From assembly GCA_024704765.1 (NCBI GenBank), contig JAKMXF010000336.1, positions 124,001 to 188,000 of the forward strand: a stretch of 64,000 nucleotides of DNA. The letters run 5' to 3'. Shown here in pieces: positions 12,830 to 24,497 of this stretch. Position numbers and translations under genes: made by a program. The notes under the pieces are model-generated. The model saw nothing but the letters and a program-made list of their open reading frames with translations. It was not told where the DNA came from and ran no database searches. Position 1 is the stretch's first letter, and each line of letters starts with the position of its first letter. The DNA is from Oopsacas minuta. Lineage: Eukaryota; Animalia; Porifera.

Positions 12830-13453
12830 GCGAATTAGATCTGTCACAGAATATTCTGTTTGGCATTACTAACTAGTACTCCTATGTCAAGAAATCTTTA
12901 GATTATCCCAGGGATTATCATGATCGGAGGGTAAGTGTGACATTCGTACTGGTGTCATTGTGAAGTAGCTTCCTGACGCGTGGCTAACTAGTAGTTATAC
13001 AGGGGTAAGGGAAGTCTTTATTGTTTGAGAGTGTTGTAGCTTCTAGTTATGGAACAATCTTGTTCCTAGAACCCAATTCCCTAGAACGAGTGTGGAGTCA
13101 GCAGCGAATTTCAGCAGTGAATTATGCGGACAACTGAACGAGTATGAAGTTTAATAGTTGAGGAAGATATATGCAAACTTTTCTGTATACATTCAAATAA
13201 AGCATGCATTTACTTGGCCGATGAACTGTATCAGGAATGTATTTACTGAGTTTTAAGAGAAGGAATTGTTTATGATAAAATTCAGATGCCAACTTTGATT
13301 CTGAATGGAGAACATGATTCTTTTGTCTCAACGAATATGGTTGAAGGTTACGAGACATATGTACAGCGTATGGAGAATCAGATTATAAAGTGTGGACGTT
13401 GGATGCAGCAAGATATACCTGTAGAGGTTAATACTATTATATGTCAGTTTTGA
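12830..13453 (+). pseudogene. Epoxide hydrolase (EPHX3/4-like alpha/beta hydrolase) 3' pseudogene
   Basis: KHAFTWPMNCIRNVF...YDKIQMPTLILNGEHDSFVSTNMVEGYETYVQRMENQIIKCGRWMQQDIPVEVNTIICQF* matches the PTLxxxGxxD and GHWxQQ(D/E)xPxxVN motifs. His changed to Arg; stops and frameshifts upstream. Confidence 0.7.
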
Positions 13454-13857
13454 CTCTGTATTTATTGTGTCAGATTTTTGTGATATGTTTAATTCAAATG
13501 TGTGAAATTGATTCAGCATATTTGATATATTTTGCATATTTACTTCAGTCACAAATTTGACACACTTTCACTTGTCAAAATATTAACGAGATTAATATCA
13601 TTCAATAGAGGAGATTTGAATGTTTTACGGAATGTGATTATCGTACAAATTCTTGAATTTTTTTAGACAATATTAACAACTCGCAGAGTCATGTAATTCA
13701 AATTGTTAATTGGTAAAGAGTGTTTAAGGGTAGTACAGTCTGGAGTAGCGTTTCGAGACTGTATTTAGGGATGCTAATTATCATGGATTGACATTGAAAT
13801 GTATTAAGTTATACTTTCATAATAAATCAAACTTAGTAATGACTATTTTAATGTTTA

Positions 13858-13983
13858 TCAATCAGCTAAAATGTCAGACAATTGCAGTCTCGTTGGATTG
13901 ATTCGTCCAAACTTATCTATAAAATCATTGATGTCTACATAAATATCTCTATGCAGGTGAAGGAGAGAAAGTCCAGTCAATCG
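13858..13983 (-). mobile_element. hAT transposase C-terminal (dimerisation domain) remnant, P52rIPK/THAP12-like
   Basis: RLTGLSLLHLHRDIYVDINDFIDKFGRINPTRLQLSDILAD*. Confidence 0.75.
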
Positions 13984-14122
13984 TTACAAATAAACAAACA
14001 AACAGACAGACAGACGGACAAATAATCATTGAGATTTCGGAATATAGATTGTTGTTTGTCTGTTTGTATATTCTAAAGGAAACATAAACAAAGGTCTGAA
14101 CACTAGTAAAATAGAAAAATTA

Positions 14123-14220
14123 TCAAAAACTATTGAGAAGAGGTTCATATCCATCACAAACTACAATAACTCTTCCTCTGTTATCTACTGTAATACCGGT
14201 AGGAAAAGCCATAGACTTCT
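14123..14220 (-). pseudogene. NHL 3'-end remnant
   Basis: KKSMAFPTGITVDNRGRVIVVCDGYEPLLNSF* followed by the usual NHL 3' flank. Confidence 0.85.
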
Positions 14221-14224
14221 TGTG

Positions 14225-14740
14225 TCATGGTCAGGGTTAGGAGATCACGAAAAGACCTGTGAAATACTACAAAATATCATAACAAATAATTCCAAAATCT
14301 CTTCCAGACTTCAGAAAGTATTGAACTTATTAGGAAATACTAAGGGTAGATTGGACTTCAAAGAATTGGCTAGTAAGGCAGAGCCAAGTAAAATATTGAA
14401 ATCGGCGAATATATTGGTACAAACTCTATAGAGATTTCCTCCACACATGGTCATGCAATGAGAACAACTAGAGATATGAAGAAATGGAAGTTGATTTGTG
14501 TCTCAAAAGTAGCTGTCATTCTCAGTGAATCTAAAGATATGGATTTGAAGAATCCCCAATTAATTGAGTCCATGCCTTTTGGTGAAATGACTGGTAAACC
14601 TCATTCTTCTTTGATTCATAAACTCACCTCTAATTTACTCAAATCGAAGCTAGCAGAAATCCGAGTATTTCACGTATTCAATATGCGACAGCATAGAGAA
14701 CCCATCCCTATAGGACACTACACTTCAAGGGATATTTGCA
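14225..14740 (+). pseudogene. TPR-SET fragment (second copy of the 6.7-7.0 kb sequence, extending into the SET N-lobe)
   Basis: SWSGLGDHEKTCEILQNIITNNSKISSR near-identical to 6705-6983 (-), then HGHAMRTTRDMKKWKLICVSKVA. Frameshifted. Confidence 0.75.
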
Positions 14741-15023
14741 TATTCATAATAGAGACCGTCCTCCCTTAACTTGAAAATGGATAAACAAACAAACAAACAA
14801 ACAAAACACACAACAATTGAGAATATATAATATAGAGAGTATAGTAGTACAGTCAAACTTGACATAAATTGATGGCAACTTCTGTATACATAATACGGGA
14901 ATGGGAGCCAACTTTTCACCAAGTGATATAGGAAATAGCTTAGCTTTAATGAAGTGTAACAAATGAGTTATTCTAGAAAGGAAACATAAACGAGTGTAAG
15001 TATACTGTAAAATCGAATAATTA

Positions 15024-15887
15024 TCAAAATATACTGATACGAGGTCGTCCACTTCCTTCACAAACTACAATAACTCTTCCTCTGTTATCTACTGTAATAC
15101 CATTAGGATAATCTATAGATATCTTGTATATCAAATCAAATTGAGAGTTGAATATAGAAATAGAGCCAGAAGAAGAGATATATGAATAATCGGTAAAAAG
15201 AATATTGTTAAAATTGTGAATATAGAAAGAATATGGATCCAGCAGCTGTAATTCATCTCCTCTAGAAATAATACTCTTTTGTAGAGCAAGATTGTAGTTG
15301 TACAGATGAAGACAAGGATTAGATTCATCTAGAATATAAATGAATTCTTTTGTAAGTATAATATCACGAGGAATTCTGAGGTAACCTTTTCCAAACTGTG
15401 CCTTGTAGGTAAGATCCTTGGACAGTATCTGAATACGATGATTATTAGAATCACATATGTATACCTCTCCGTTAGATTCATCAAATGTCAAACCACGAGG
15501 ATAATCAAATCCCAATTCACCTTTCCCACGTTCCCCTATTCTAGAAAGAAACTCTCCATTCACTTGATAATTTAGAATACAGTGGCTAATCTGTGAAATT
15601 AGAATTCTATCTCTACATATTGCTAGCCCAATTGGACCATTCATCTTTCCTTCTCCTTCCTCATCTCCAAATTTAAACATAATCTTACCATTACAATCGA
15701 ATACTTTCACACAATTATTCCAGGAATCTGCTACATAGATATCTCCAGTAGAATTATCAATAGTCACTCCTCCTGGTCCATCAAGATATCCTAATTCTTT
15801 TTCCCTTTTACAAACACTGACTATAGGTTGTATCTTGCTCTTATAGTCTACAGAGAATATTCTCTCTAAAGTATTAGCTGTAGCCAT
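15024..15887 (-). CDS. NHL-repeat propeller protein, copy C
   Basis: Intact ORF from MATANT. Confidence 0.9.
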   Translation of the reverse strand: MATANTLERIFSVDYKSKIQPIVSVCKREKELGYLDGPGGVTIDNSTGDIYVADSWNNCVKVFDCNGKIMFKFGDEEGEGKMNGPIGLAICRDRILISQISHCILNYQVNGEFLSRIGERGKGELGFDYPRGLTFDESNGEVYICDSNNHRIQILSKDLTYKAQFGKGYLRIPRDIILTKEFIYILDESNPCLHLYNYNLALQKSIISRGDELQLLDPYSFYIHNFNNILFTDYSYISSSGSISIFNSQFDLIYKISIDYPNGITVDNRGRVIVVCEGSGRPRISIF

Positions 15888-16427
15888 TAGTTCAGTTCTG
15901 TAACTAGAATAACGAAACAATTCAAATAATATAACTTATCTATTTGACTATAAGTAATGAGCTCTAATTATAAATACAAATCAATACAGAGACCTATACA
16001 GAGAGATATCAAATTTCTATAATTATATGAATTCTAATAGAATACAGTATATTCTGCTAAGCTCTGACATTCTTATATTTTATTGTCAAATTATATGTCA
16101 GGGCGAATTAGATCTCTTGTCATAAAGGAGGGTAAGTATGACATGTGTACAGGATTGCTTGTGAAGTAGATGTTCTTTATACATCATGACATACAGTAGT
16201 AAAGGGTGTATTCTAACTATTTTGACTTGAAACAAAATCTTAGAAAACACCGGTTTCCTCTGTATATTGAGTATAGATTGGAATTATCGCCATGTCCAGA
16301 TGGATCAGTAATTCGGGTTATTCTGTATAATATATCACCATTGATTAGGTTGTAATATGAGTAACCCATTGATCCATCGTAACCGTGTCCCATCACTAAG
16401 TCAGGTAATAACCTTTCAACACGAAAA

Positions 16428-16563
16428 TTGAATATTTTGAACTCTTAATTTGAATTGATACATAAGATATCTAATCTGAAACCTCTGGTATTACAGTAGA
16501 TAACAGAGGAAGAGTATTATCGTTTGTGATAGAGCTGAACAGCCTCGCATCAATATTCTCTGA
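16428..16563 (+). pseudogene. NHL 3'-end remnant with copy-A-type 3' flank
   Basis: ...GITVDNRGRV/IVCDRAEQPRINIL* with frameshifts. 16560-16720 matches 4757-4920. Confidence 0.75.
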
Positions 16564-16899
16564 ATAGTTTTCCTATTTACTTTTAGTTCGTTATCTTAGT
16601 AATATTCCTTTTCTATAAACTCTATTATTCCTTAATTTTATTACATCTACGTATTAGTAATATGCCTCTATGTTATAAGGACAGTACACACTATCCTACT
16701 AATTCTATATACAACGGAACCACTGTGTTACGAACGCGGTTACGAATTACAGGCTAAGACAAACAAATATTTTCACAAATAGACTGTTATTGGGAGGCTA
16801 CTCATTCGAACGAGTTGTTAAATTTGATGAGTTTACGGGGCAGCACCATAACATTAATGAAACGCCTGCCACGATCCAAGTCCCCCACTCCTCAAAGGT

Positions 16900-17034
16900 A
16901 ATTCTGTATTCGAATTTATCCATAGAGTTTCTATTCGGGTACCTTCTGTTTCTACACAATTGGGAATTACAGTAGATGATAAAGATAGAATTATTGTTGT
17001 TAGCCAAGATAGTGCGAATTCTCTACAGATTTAG
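16900..17034 (+). pseudogene. Divergent NHL last-blade remnant
   Basis: NSVFEFIHRVSIRVPSVSTQLGITVDDKDRIIVVSQDSANSLQI*. Confidence 0.7.
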
Positions 17035-17062
17035 TACTATAACATTTGTATTTCATATATTA

Positions 17063-17130
17063 CTAGGGTGCTTCGCTTATTCGCTACGCGGTTGCGAACA
17101 CTTCGTGTTACACTGGGGCCTACGGCCCTG
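17063..17130 (-). mobile_element. Possible Helitron-type 3' terminus
   Basis: On the minus strand, a GC hairpin (gggcc-tac-ggccc, 17116-17128) and then ...CTAG followed by T. Confidence 0.3.
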
Positions 17131-17139
17131 ATTACATAG

Positions 17140-17450
17140 ACTCATAATCTAGAACATCTGGTCTAGGGAATTGGCTTCTAGGAACAATATTGCGTCACAA
17201 CTAGAAGCTACAATCTCAAACAGTAAAGGCTTACCTTACCTTACCCCTGTATGCTTACTAGTTAGCTTAGCATCACGAAGTTGCTCCACAAGCACTCCTG
17301 TACGCATGTCGAACTTACCCACACTTTATGATAAATTTTGAGAAGATTCATTTGTATGGAATGTGAGGACTAGTTAGTAAGGTCGGACAGAATAATCCGT
17401 ACAGATCAAATCCGCTCTAACATATACTGTAACTATCAAATATAAGAATA
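17140..17450 (-). pseudogene. Partial copy of the hydrolase-pseudogene spacer
   Basis: ctagggaattggcttctaggaacaatattg...ctagaagctaca aligns with 26985-27250. Confidence 0.7.
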
Positions 17451-17804
17451 AACATTGTGAAGTAATTGATAAAAGTATAAAATAGTATCATAGTAGAAAC
17501 ACTAGATTATATGTCCTGTTTTGAAAATGTACCAAAAACAGTCATTCAGTGATCATTAATATTGTTAGAAAACTATTTTCCTACCTTGGATACAATAGTG
17601 CGAAGTAATAATTCATCAAAACAAAGAAAGTCATGGTCCGGCTTTTAGCTGGACCAGCAAATTCTGCCCATAAAACGTCCGGCCAAAGCCGGACCTGCCA
17701 AACCTACTCCTACGCCTATGATTTTAACGATTTAATGTATAAGAATGTCAGTGCATAGCAGAATATACAATATTCTATTTGAATTCATATAATTATAGAT
17801 ATTT

Positions 17805-17917
17805 GATATCTCTCTGTATAGGTCTCTGTATTGATTTGTATTTATAGTTAGAGCTCATTACTTATAGTCAAATAGATAAGTTATATTATTTGAATTGTTT
17901 CATTATTCTAGTTACAG
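17805..17917 (+). repeat. Orphan invariant NHL leader block (no NHL ORF follows)
   Basis: 113 bp matching 27328-27440, ending exactly at ...ctagttacag. Confidence 0.9.
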
Positions 17918-18522
17918 TAATGGAGGATAAACAATCCTAAACATGGATTTAGTAATGATTCAGGTTGTATCGTTGTAATCACTAAATTGTTGTTATACTA
18001 CAAACAACTGATCTTATGGTAGATGACACCTCGCTAATCTGAAATTCACTACATAGTCGAATATTATATCATAACCAATATCGACTGTAATAAAAGCACT
18101 AAAAATGGGATAAATAAGGCAATATTAGATCAATAATAAATTGTTAACCCTTAAAGGATCTTCAGTGGAGCTTTGTGACAGGGAACGCGCGGTGACTAAA
18201 ATTTTCACTAAGTTTTATAAGGAATAGCTTAACTGCCAAAAGGAGCACTCTCATCCTATTTCGTTATTTGGAAAACACAACTGTGTATCTTCCCAAAGGA
18301 GAGGAACTAATGATATCTGAATTATGGGGAATATCATATCGAGGTTTTGGATAAGCTATTTGACGTTGTTCGCAAAGAGAGAAATAGAATGCGGGCTTAT
18401 GGCGTCATTATAACATAAAGGCATCCTCTATAGGATGTGAAATAACAATAAGGAATAATACAAAATATTGGGGGATGGAAAAAAGAAACAAAGCTATGAG
18501 CACTAGCAAAATAGAAAAATTA

Positions 18523-19374
18523 TCAAAACATATGTAGACCTCCGTTACTAACTACGATAACTCTTCCTCTGTTATTAACTGTAATACCGTTAGGATCAGG
18601 TATAGATATCTTGTGTATCCAATCAAATTGGGAGTTGTATATAGAAATCGAGCCAGAAGAAGAGATATTAGAATAATCTGTAATAAGAATATTGTTAGAA
18701 TTGTCAATATCGAAGAATTTGGGATAAATCAGCTGTAATCCACGTCCTCTAGAAAAAATACTCTTATGTAGGATAAGATTATAGTTGTACAGATGAAAAC
18801 AAAGATTAGATTGATCAAGAATATAAATGAATTCTTTCGTAAGTTTAACATCAACAGGAGATTCGAGGTTATCTTGTCCAAACTGTGTCTTGTAGGTAAG
18901 TTCTTTGGATAGTATCTGAATACGATTATTATTAGAATCACCTATGTATACCTCTCCGTTAGATTCATCAAATGTCAGACCACGAGGATATTGAAATTCC
19001 AATTCTCCTTGACCTAGTTTCCCTATTCTGGAAACAAACTCTCCATTCACTTGATAATTCAGAATACAGTCGTTAGTTTGTGAAATAAGAATTCTATCTC
19101 TACATATTGCTAACCCAGTTGGACCATTCATCTTTCCTTCTCCTTCCTCATCTCCAAATTTAAACATAATCTGACCATTACAATCGAATACTTTCACACA
19201 ATTATTCAAGAAATCTGCTACATAGATATCTCCAGTAGAATTATCAATAGTCACTCCTTGTGGTCTATTAAGATTTTCTAGCCTCTTTCCAGACATACAA
19301 ACACTGACTATAGGTTGTATCTTGCTCTTATAGTCTACAGAGAATATTCTCTCTAAAGTATTAGCTGTAGCCAT
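18523..19374 (-). CDS. NHL-repeat propeller protein, copy D
   Basis: Intact ORF from MATANT. Confidence 0.9.
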   Translation of the reverse strand: MATANTLERIFSVDYKSKIQPIVSVCMSGKRLENLNRPQGVTIDNSTGDIYVADFLNNCVKVFDCNGQIMFKFGDEEGEGKMNGPTGLAICRDRILISQTNDCILNYQVNGEFVSRIGKLGQGELEFQYPRGLTFDESNGEVYIGDSNNNRIQILSKELTYKTQFGQDNLESPVDVKLTKEFIYILDQSNLCFHLYNYNLILHKSIFSRGRGLQLIYPKFFDIDNSNNILITDYSNISSSGSISIYNSQFDWIHKISIPDPNGITVNNRGRVIVVSNGGLHMF

Positions 19375-19594
19375 TAGATCAGTTCTGTAACTAGAATAAT
19401 GAAACAATTCAAATAATATAACTTATCTATTTGACTATAAGTAATGAGCTCTAACTATAAATACAAATCAATACAGAGACCTATACAGAGAGATATCAAA
19501 TTTCTACAAATATATGAATTTTAATAGAATACAGTATATTCCCCTATGCTCTGACATTCTTATATATTTATTCGTTAAAGACAAAAGTATTTGT

Positions 19595-20219
19595 CAGGGC
19601 GAATTTGATTTGTCGCCGACTATTCTGTCTGGCTTTCCTAACTAGCCCTCCTATACTAAGAAATATTTAGATGATCCCAGAAATTATCATAAAGGTGGGC
19701 AAGTATGACATTCGTAAGGCGTCATTGTGAAGTAGCTTCCTGACGCGTGGCTAACTAGTAGGCATACAGGGCTAAGCTAAGCCATTACTGTTTGAGAGCG
19801 CTGTAGCTTCTAGTTATGGACAATCTTGTACCTAGATCCCAATTCCCTATAACGAGTGTGGAGTTAGCAGCGAATTTCAGCAGTGAATTGTGCGGACAAC
19901 TTAACGAGTGTGAAGTTTTATAACTTGATAAAGATATGCAAACTTTTCTGTATACATTCTCACAAAAGCATGTATTTATCGGTCCGATTAACTTTATCAG
20001 GAATGTATTTACTGAGTTTTGAGAGAAGGAATTGTTTATGATAAAATTCAGATGCCAACTTTCATTCTGAATGGAGAGCATGATACTTTTGTCTCAACGG
20101 ATATGGCTGAAGGTTACGAGATATATGTCTAGCGTGTGGAGAGTAAGATTATAAACTGTGGACATTGGATGCAGCAAAATATGCCTGTAGAGGTTAATAG
20201 TATTCTATGGCAGTTTTGA
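19595..20219 (+). pseudogene. Epoxide hydrolase-like pseudogene (best-preserved copy)
   Basis: LYTFSQKHVFIGPINFIRNVF...KIQMPTFILNGEHDTFVSTDMAEGYEIYV*RVESKIINCGHWMQQNMPVEVNSILWQF*. Catalytic His retained. Confidence 0.75.
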
Positions 20220-20379
20220 CTCAGAATTATTTGTGTCAGATTTTCCTGATAAGTTCAATTCATATGTGTGAAATCAGATTCAGCATATTTGATTTATTCT
20301 GCATGTTTAGTTCAGTCATTACAACATGTGGCGGGTAGTGTGCACATTATACTGACCAATGCTCTAATATTGGGGTATA

Positions 20380-20960
20380 TTACATTGGCATGTTGGAGAG
20401 GCATATCTTGCTGCATCCAAAGTCTACAGTATAGAAGCTTACTTCCCACAAGCTGGACATATGTCTCGTGACCTTGTGCCATATTCGTTGAGAGAGAAGG
20501 ATCATGTTCTCTATTCAGGATCAAAGTTGTCATCTGAATTTATCATAAAGAATTCCTTCTCTCAAAAAATCACTAAGCACATCCCTGATATAGTTAATCT
20601 GACCGGGAAATGCATACTTTTGTGGGAATGTATACAGATTGCATATATTCATCATGTTTGATTAAATTTCTAGAATTCGCTGCTGACTTCACACACCTTC
20701 TAGGGAATTGGGTAATAGGAAGATTGTTCCATTACTAGAAGCTACAGCACTCTCAAACAGTAAAGGCTTACCCTACCCCTGTTTATCTACTAGTTAGCAA
20801 CGCGTCAGGAAGCTACTTCGCCATGACGCATGTCCTACTTACCCTCCGATTATGAAAATTCCTTGGATTATCTAAAGATTTCTTGGTATAGTAGGACTGG
20901 TCAGTACTGCTGGACAGAATATTCCGCGACAGATCTAGTTCGCCCTGAAATATTCTTTAA
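20380..20960 (-). pseudogene. Older hydrolase pseudogene copy, inverted relative to 19595-20219
   Basis: TTLILNREHDPSLSTNMAQGHETYVQLVGSKLLYCRLWMQQDMP (ORF 20312-20533). Confidence 0.7.
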
Positions 20961-21445
20961 CGATTAAATTGATGGGGAAATTCTATCTAGGACCCTAGTG
21001 TCCTGCATCATTCTCAGACTTACATTTATTGTAATATTTCGTACTATTTCACACCTAGATAATTAATATATAGATGGATTGTTGGATTTTCGGGTTTTAA
21101 ACACTGGTGCAAGTTTTTAAGAAATTTATGGAAGCATTCAGTGTTTAGAAAAATACGAAATGGCGCTCAAAAGAGATATTTATAGAAACGAGGACGTGAT
21201 AGGATTATTTATTGCATTAATTATAAGCGGGTACCATTGGAAGGGGATTAGGGATTTGTTCACTACCTTCTGGCTCTGGGAGTTTTCATTTGTACTCGTT
21301 ATTAAGCTACCTGGGAACGCGTAGATGTGAACTTCATGCTAATTTTGTGTTTGAAATTACTTTTGTTGGAATTCAATTTCAACTGTATGAACTGATTCAT
21401 GATGATTTTCATTGTAGAAATCTACACTATTTAATCTCAACGAGC

Positions 21446-21895
21446 CTTTGGCTCTTCGCTTCGCGATGAACTCAGCGCATTGCGGCTTGAGGTATTCAAC
21501 GGACAAACAAACAGACACACAACAATTGAGATTTAATAATATTGATGTTGTTTACAATATTCAGACTCAGCCTACTCGATTATCCAAGTAGAATCGTTGA
21601 AAGCATGGTTCTACCTCAATTTTGAAATTTGTTTACTCTTCAAACAAACAAACAAACAAACAAACAGACAAACAAACAACATTCTATATTATTGAATCTC
21701 AATGATTGTTTGTCTGTTTTTGCTTGTCCGTTGTCAAGGAAAGGATTTACGGTATGCAATTTTGAAATTGTTACATAACTATGTATTTATCGTGTTTATC
21801 AAGAAAGTAAATAGAATTCAATAAAACTTCAGTAAATATATCGAACATACTGAATCTTATTTTCACACTTTTGGATTAATCATATGTAAAATTAT
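21446..21895. repeat. Dispersed repeat with (ACAA)n/(CAGA)n microsatellites; related copy at 25707-26135, pieces at 13985-14075, 14780-14825, 42680-42720
   Basis: gcctttggctc..cgcgatgaactc.gcgcat...ttcaacgg.caaacaaacag shared with 25707; second half is shared in inverted orientation. Confidence 0.75.
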
Positions 21896-22031
21896 TGTTG
21901 TTTTTATGAATATAAATTAAACAAATTTCAAATTGTTGTGGAAACATGCTTTCAATGGTTATACTGGGGTAATCGAGTATGCCGAGTCCGAATATAGTAT
22001 TGTGTACAACTATTTGGAGAATAATGAAACC

Positions 22032-23151
22032 TCAAGAGGCACTTAACCTAGGCTTCTTTGGCAGAGGACAGAAGCACATGGAATTCCAAGTATCGAGGTC
22101 CGAATATTTATGAAAAGAGGCTCTCTCTTTTTGAATATCATTGAACTTCAGACGAAAGAAATTTTGCTGATCTCGATCAAAACCATGAGTTGAAATAAAT
22201 TGGTCTGCGATTGAACGAGTGCTAAGTAATTTATGCTCACAATAAAACTGAAAAGCTTGAAGATTGTTCATTTTCTAGATAATTAATATATTATTTATTA
22301 ACAATATTGTAAATACAGGGCAAAAAGTAAGATTATATATATATGCATGTTTGTTTATAAGCTTATAATATACATTCTGAAATCTAAGAATTAAGGAACT
22401 TTTGACGAAACGTTTTCTCACAGTAGAAGAGTGTTGATTTTTAATGGAATCTTTGTAAAAATACGTAATGAGAACATTATTTGTATTAATTACAAGCTGA
22501 ATTTTGTAAACACAAGCATAAAATTGTAAATAACTTCACGTTTTGATTATATAGCTAAGCAACCATAATATTTATATAAATTTTGAAAAGAGAATTTTGA
22601 AAAATATTAGATAAATTCAAAAGTTCATGTGATTGAAGCTATATTTACGCGAATTTCGGGAACCTGGAAATTGTTGTATTTTATAGAGAATTAAAAATGC
22701 TATATTATAAAACTCAGGAGACAACTTGACAGAACGCGACAGATGAAGTTATGAAACTTCGAAGTTGAGTGACGACAGAAATATCCAACAGAAAACTTTC
22801 TCAAAATATTTGAGCTATTTTAAGGATTTATTATTTGAACTCCGCTTATATAATCACTATAAATAGAGAGTCGTCAAAAATGCAACGGAATGAAGTCTTT
22901 GAATGTATTAGTTGCTTAGATACTGGAATTTAAGTTCATTGATATAAATGAATATCTGTGATTTTCAAGAATAATTTCTGAGCAAGAATTTGTAATGCTT
23001 ATATACTTTCCAGTTGTTTCTAAACTAAATGATGGATCGTAATAATTTTAGACATTTTAAGTAATTGGATATTTCTCTTTCCAATGAACTTTAATGGTTA
23101 CTAAATATCGGATTGAAATTTTGACCAATTTACAGTGGGTGTGCCACTGTG
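22032..23151 (-). mobile_element. Truncated 5' part of a putative DNA transposon (Transib-like?)
   Basis: Minus-strand CACAGTGGCACACCCACTGTAAATTGGTCAAAAT at 23151, ~880 bp upstream of a 79-aa ORF (MNNLQAFQFYCEHK...PKKPRLSAS, NLS-like) cut off at a repeat junction. No catalytic motif present. Confidence 0.35.
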
Positions 23152-23402
23152 CTCGAGGCGTAATGCACCAAGTTCAAGCTATTTCAGATAAGAAACACTG
23201 TCGGATTATAGAAGTCTTCTGGATTATACAGGTGTCTGTTTATGCAGATTCTATAATATTACCATTGTATTTTTGGTGTAGTTTTTAACTAACTGAATAT
23301 TCTACTATTCGGTTTTAACCCTGGTTTATAGATATTTTTATTCATTGCTGTCAAATTGACTATCTCAGGATCTCTTTAGTTGTATTTGGAGTGTAGATAT
23401 AT

Positions 23403-23870
23403 CAGACTTACCAACCCTTCGTTGATAATTCCCTGGTTTGAAATCTTAAAATCCCTGGATTTTTAACAAATTCCCTGGATCATTTTACTTCTCACTTATA
23501 AACCAGTTTGGAAGTCACCATTATGGAGTTGTTCGGAGATAATTCGTATAGATTATATGCATAGACATATCGGAGATATTATATACTCAACAAGAATCCG
23601 TACGTCTGAGAAGGAGCTTGTAACTCCCTAACTAAAGATCTAGGGAAATATCTGGATGATCCAGGGAAATCTCTGGATATTTTTTAGGTTATATATAATC
23701 TAATTCTGAAGAATAGCTTATTGATTGTTATGTAACACTTATAGTTATTGACATCGTAGTTGAAAATTCACAATTTACCCGGCCGATACAAACTTTCGAA
23801 TCCCTGGATCCCTGGATCAGAGGTCAAATCCCGGGGTAATCCAGGGATCCCTGGAGGGTTGGCAAGTCTG
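23403..23870. mobile_element. hAT-type MITE, 468 bp
   Basis: TIR cagactt(a/g)ccaaccct; 8-bp TSD agatatat/atatatat; subterminal tccctgga repeats. Confidence 0.85.
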
Positions 23871-24497
23871 ATATATATATTTAGTTGTTTGATGAATTAT
23901 CTTAGTTTCTATAAGAAATCTAAGCCAAACCAATTTGTTTATGTCTCCACTGAATTTATTTTTTCACATCTTCTTAGCTTTCGATGATGTTACCTGGCTC
24001 ATGTTTGTTGCGATTTCAAATATATTTTTTAAGTCAGTTTAGATTTTAGTTAATGGAAATGTTAAAGCAGTCCCATTTTTCTGGGAAATTGAAGCTATTC
24101 CTTTGATAAATTAGGATTTGGACAAAATTTCTCCTTTGGTAGGTAGATATCTTATTAGCTATCAATTATATTTCGAATTCTAGCTAATCTCAACTAATTT
24201 GTAAATAATTTCTCCAATAGTTGACAACTATGCCACAGACTTTATAATATTTATACAGCAGAACCTCGTTAATACGTACTAATACAATTAGATAATTGTA
24301 AGATCTAACTTATGTGAGTTAATACCTAATCTAAGTTATCACACAAATCTACAAAATACAAATCTCATTACACATATGTACATACTGTTACTAATTGATA
24401 AGGAATACGACCTGTTCAGAAATAGAATTTACTATCAGCGCCCAGAGGTTATTAATTACTCTCATAATTAAAGTTTAGTTGCGGATGAATGCACTTA

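Larger units (their letters stand above)
9905..14075 (-). repeat. Inverted segmental duplication of ~26055-29775 (hAT tail, hydrolase pseudogene, NHL, eIF3a exon 1, eIF3a intron 1 part)
   Basis: Continuous reverse-complement similarity, for example 10366-10450 vs 29650-29728 and 13560-14075 vs 26060-26600. Confidence 0.9.

Noticed and set aside
13122-13358. Repeated ORF MSR.L.PYSLR.K.HVL (also 20461) as a LINE tail or small gene
   Set aside because: It is the antisense frame of the hydrolase pseudogene and is not kept open in all copies.
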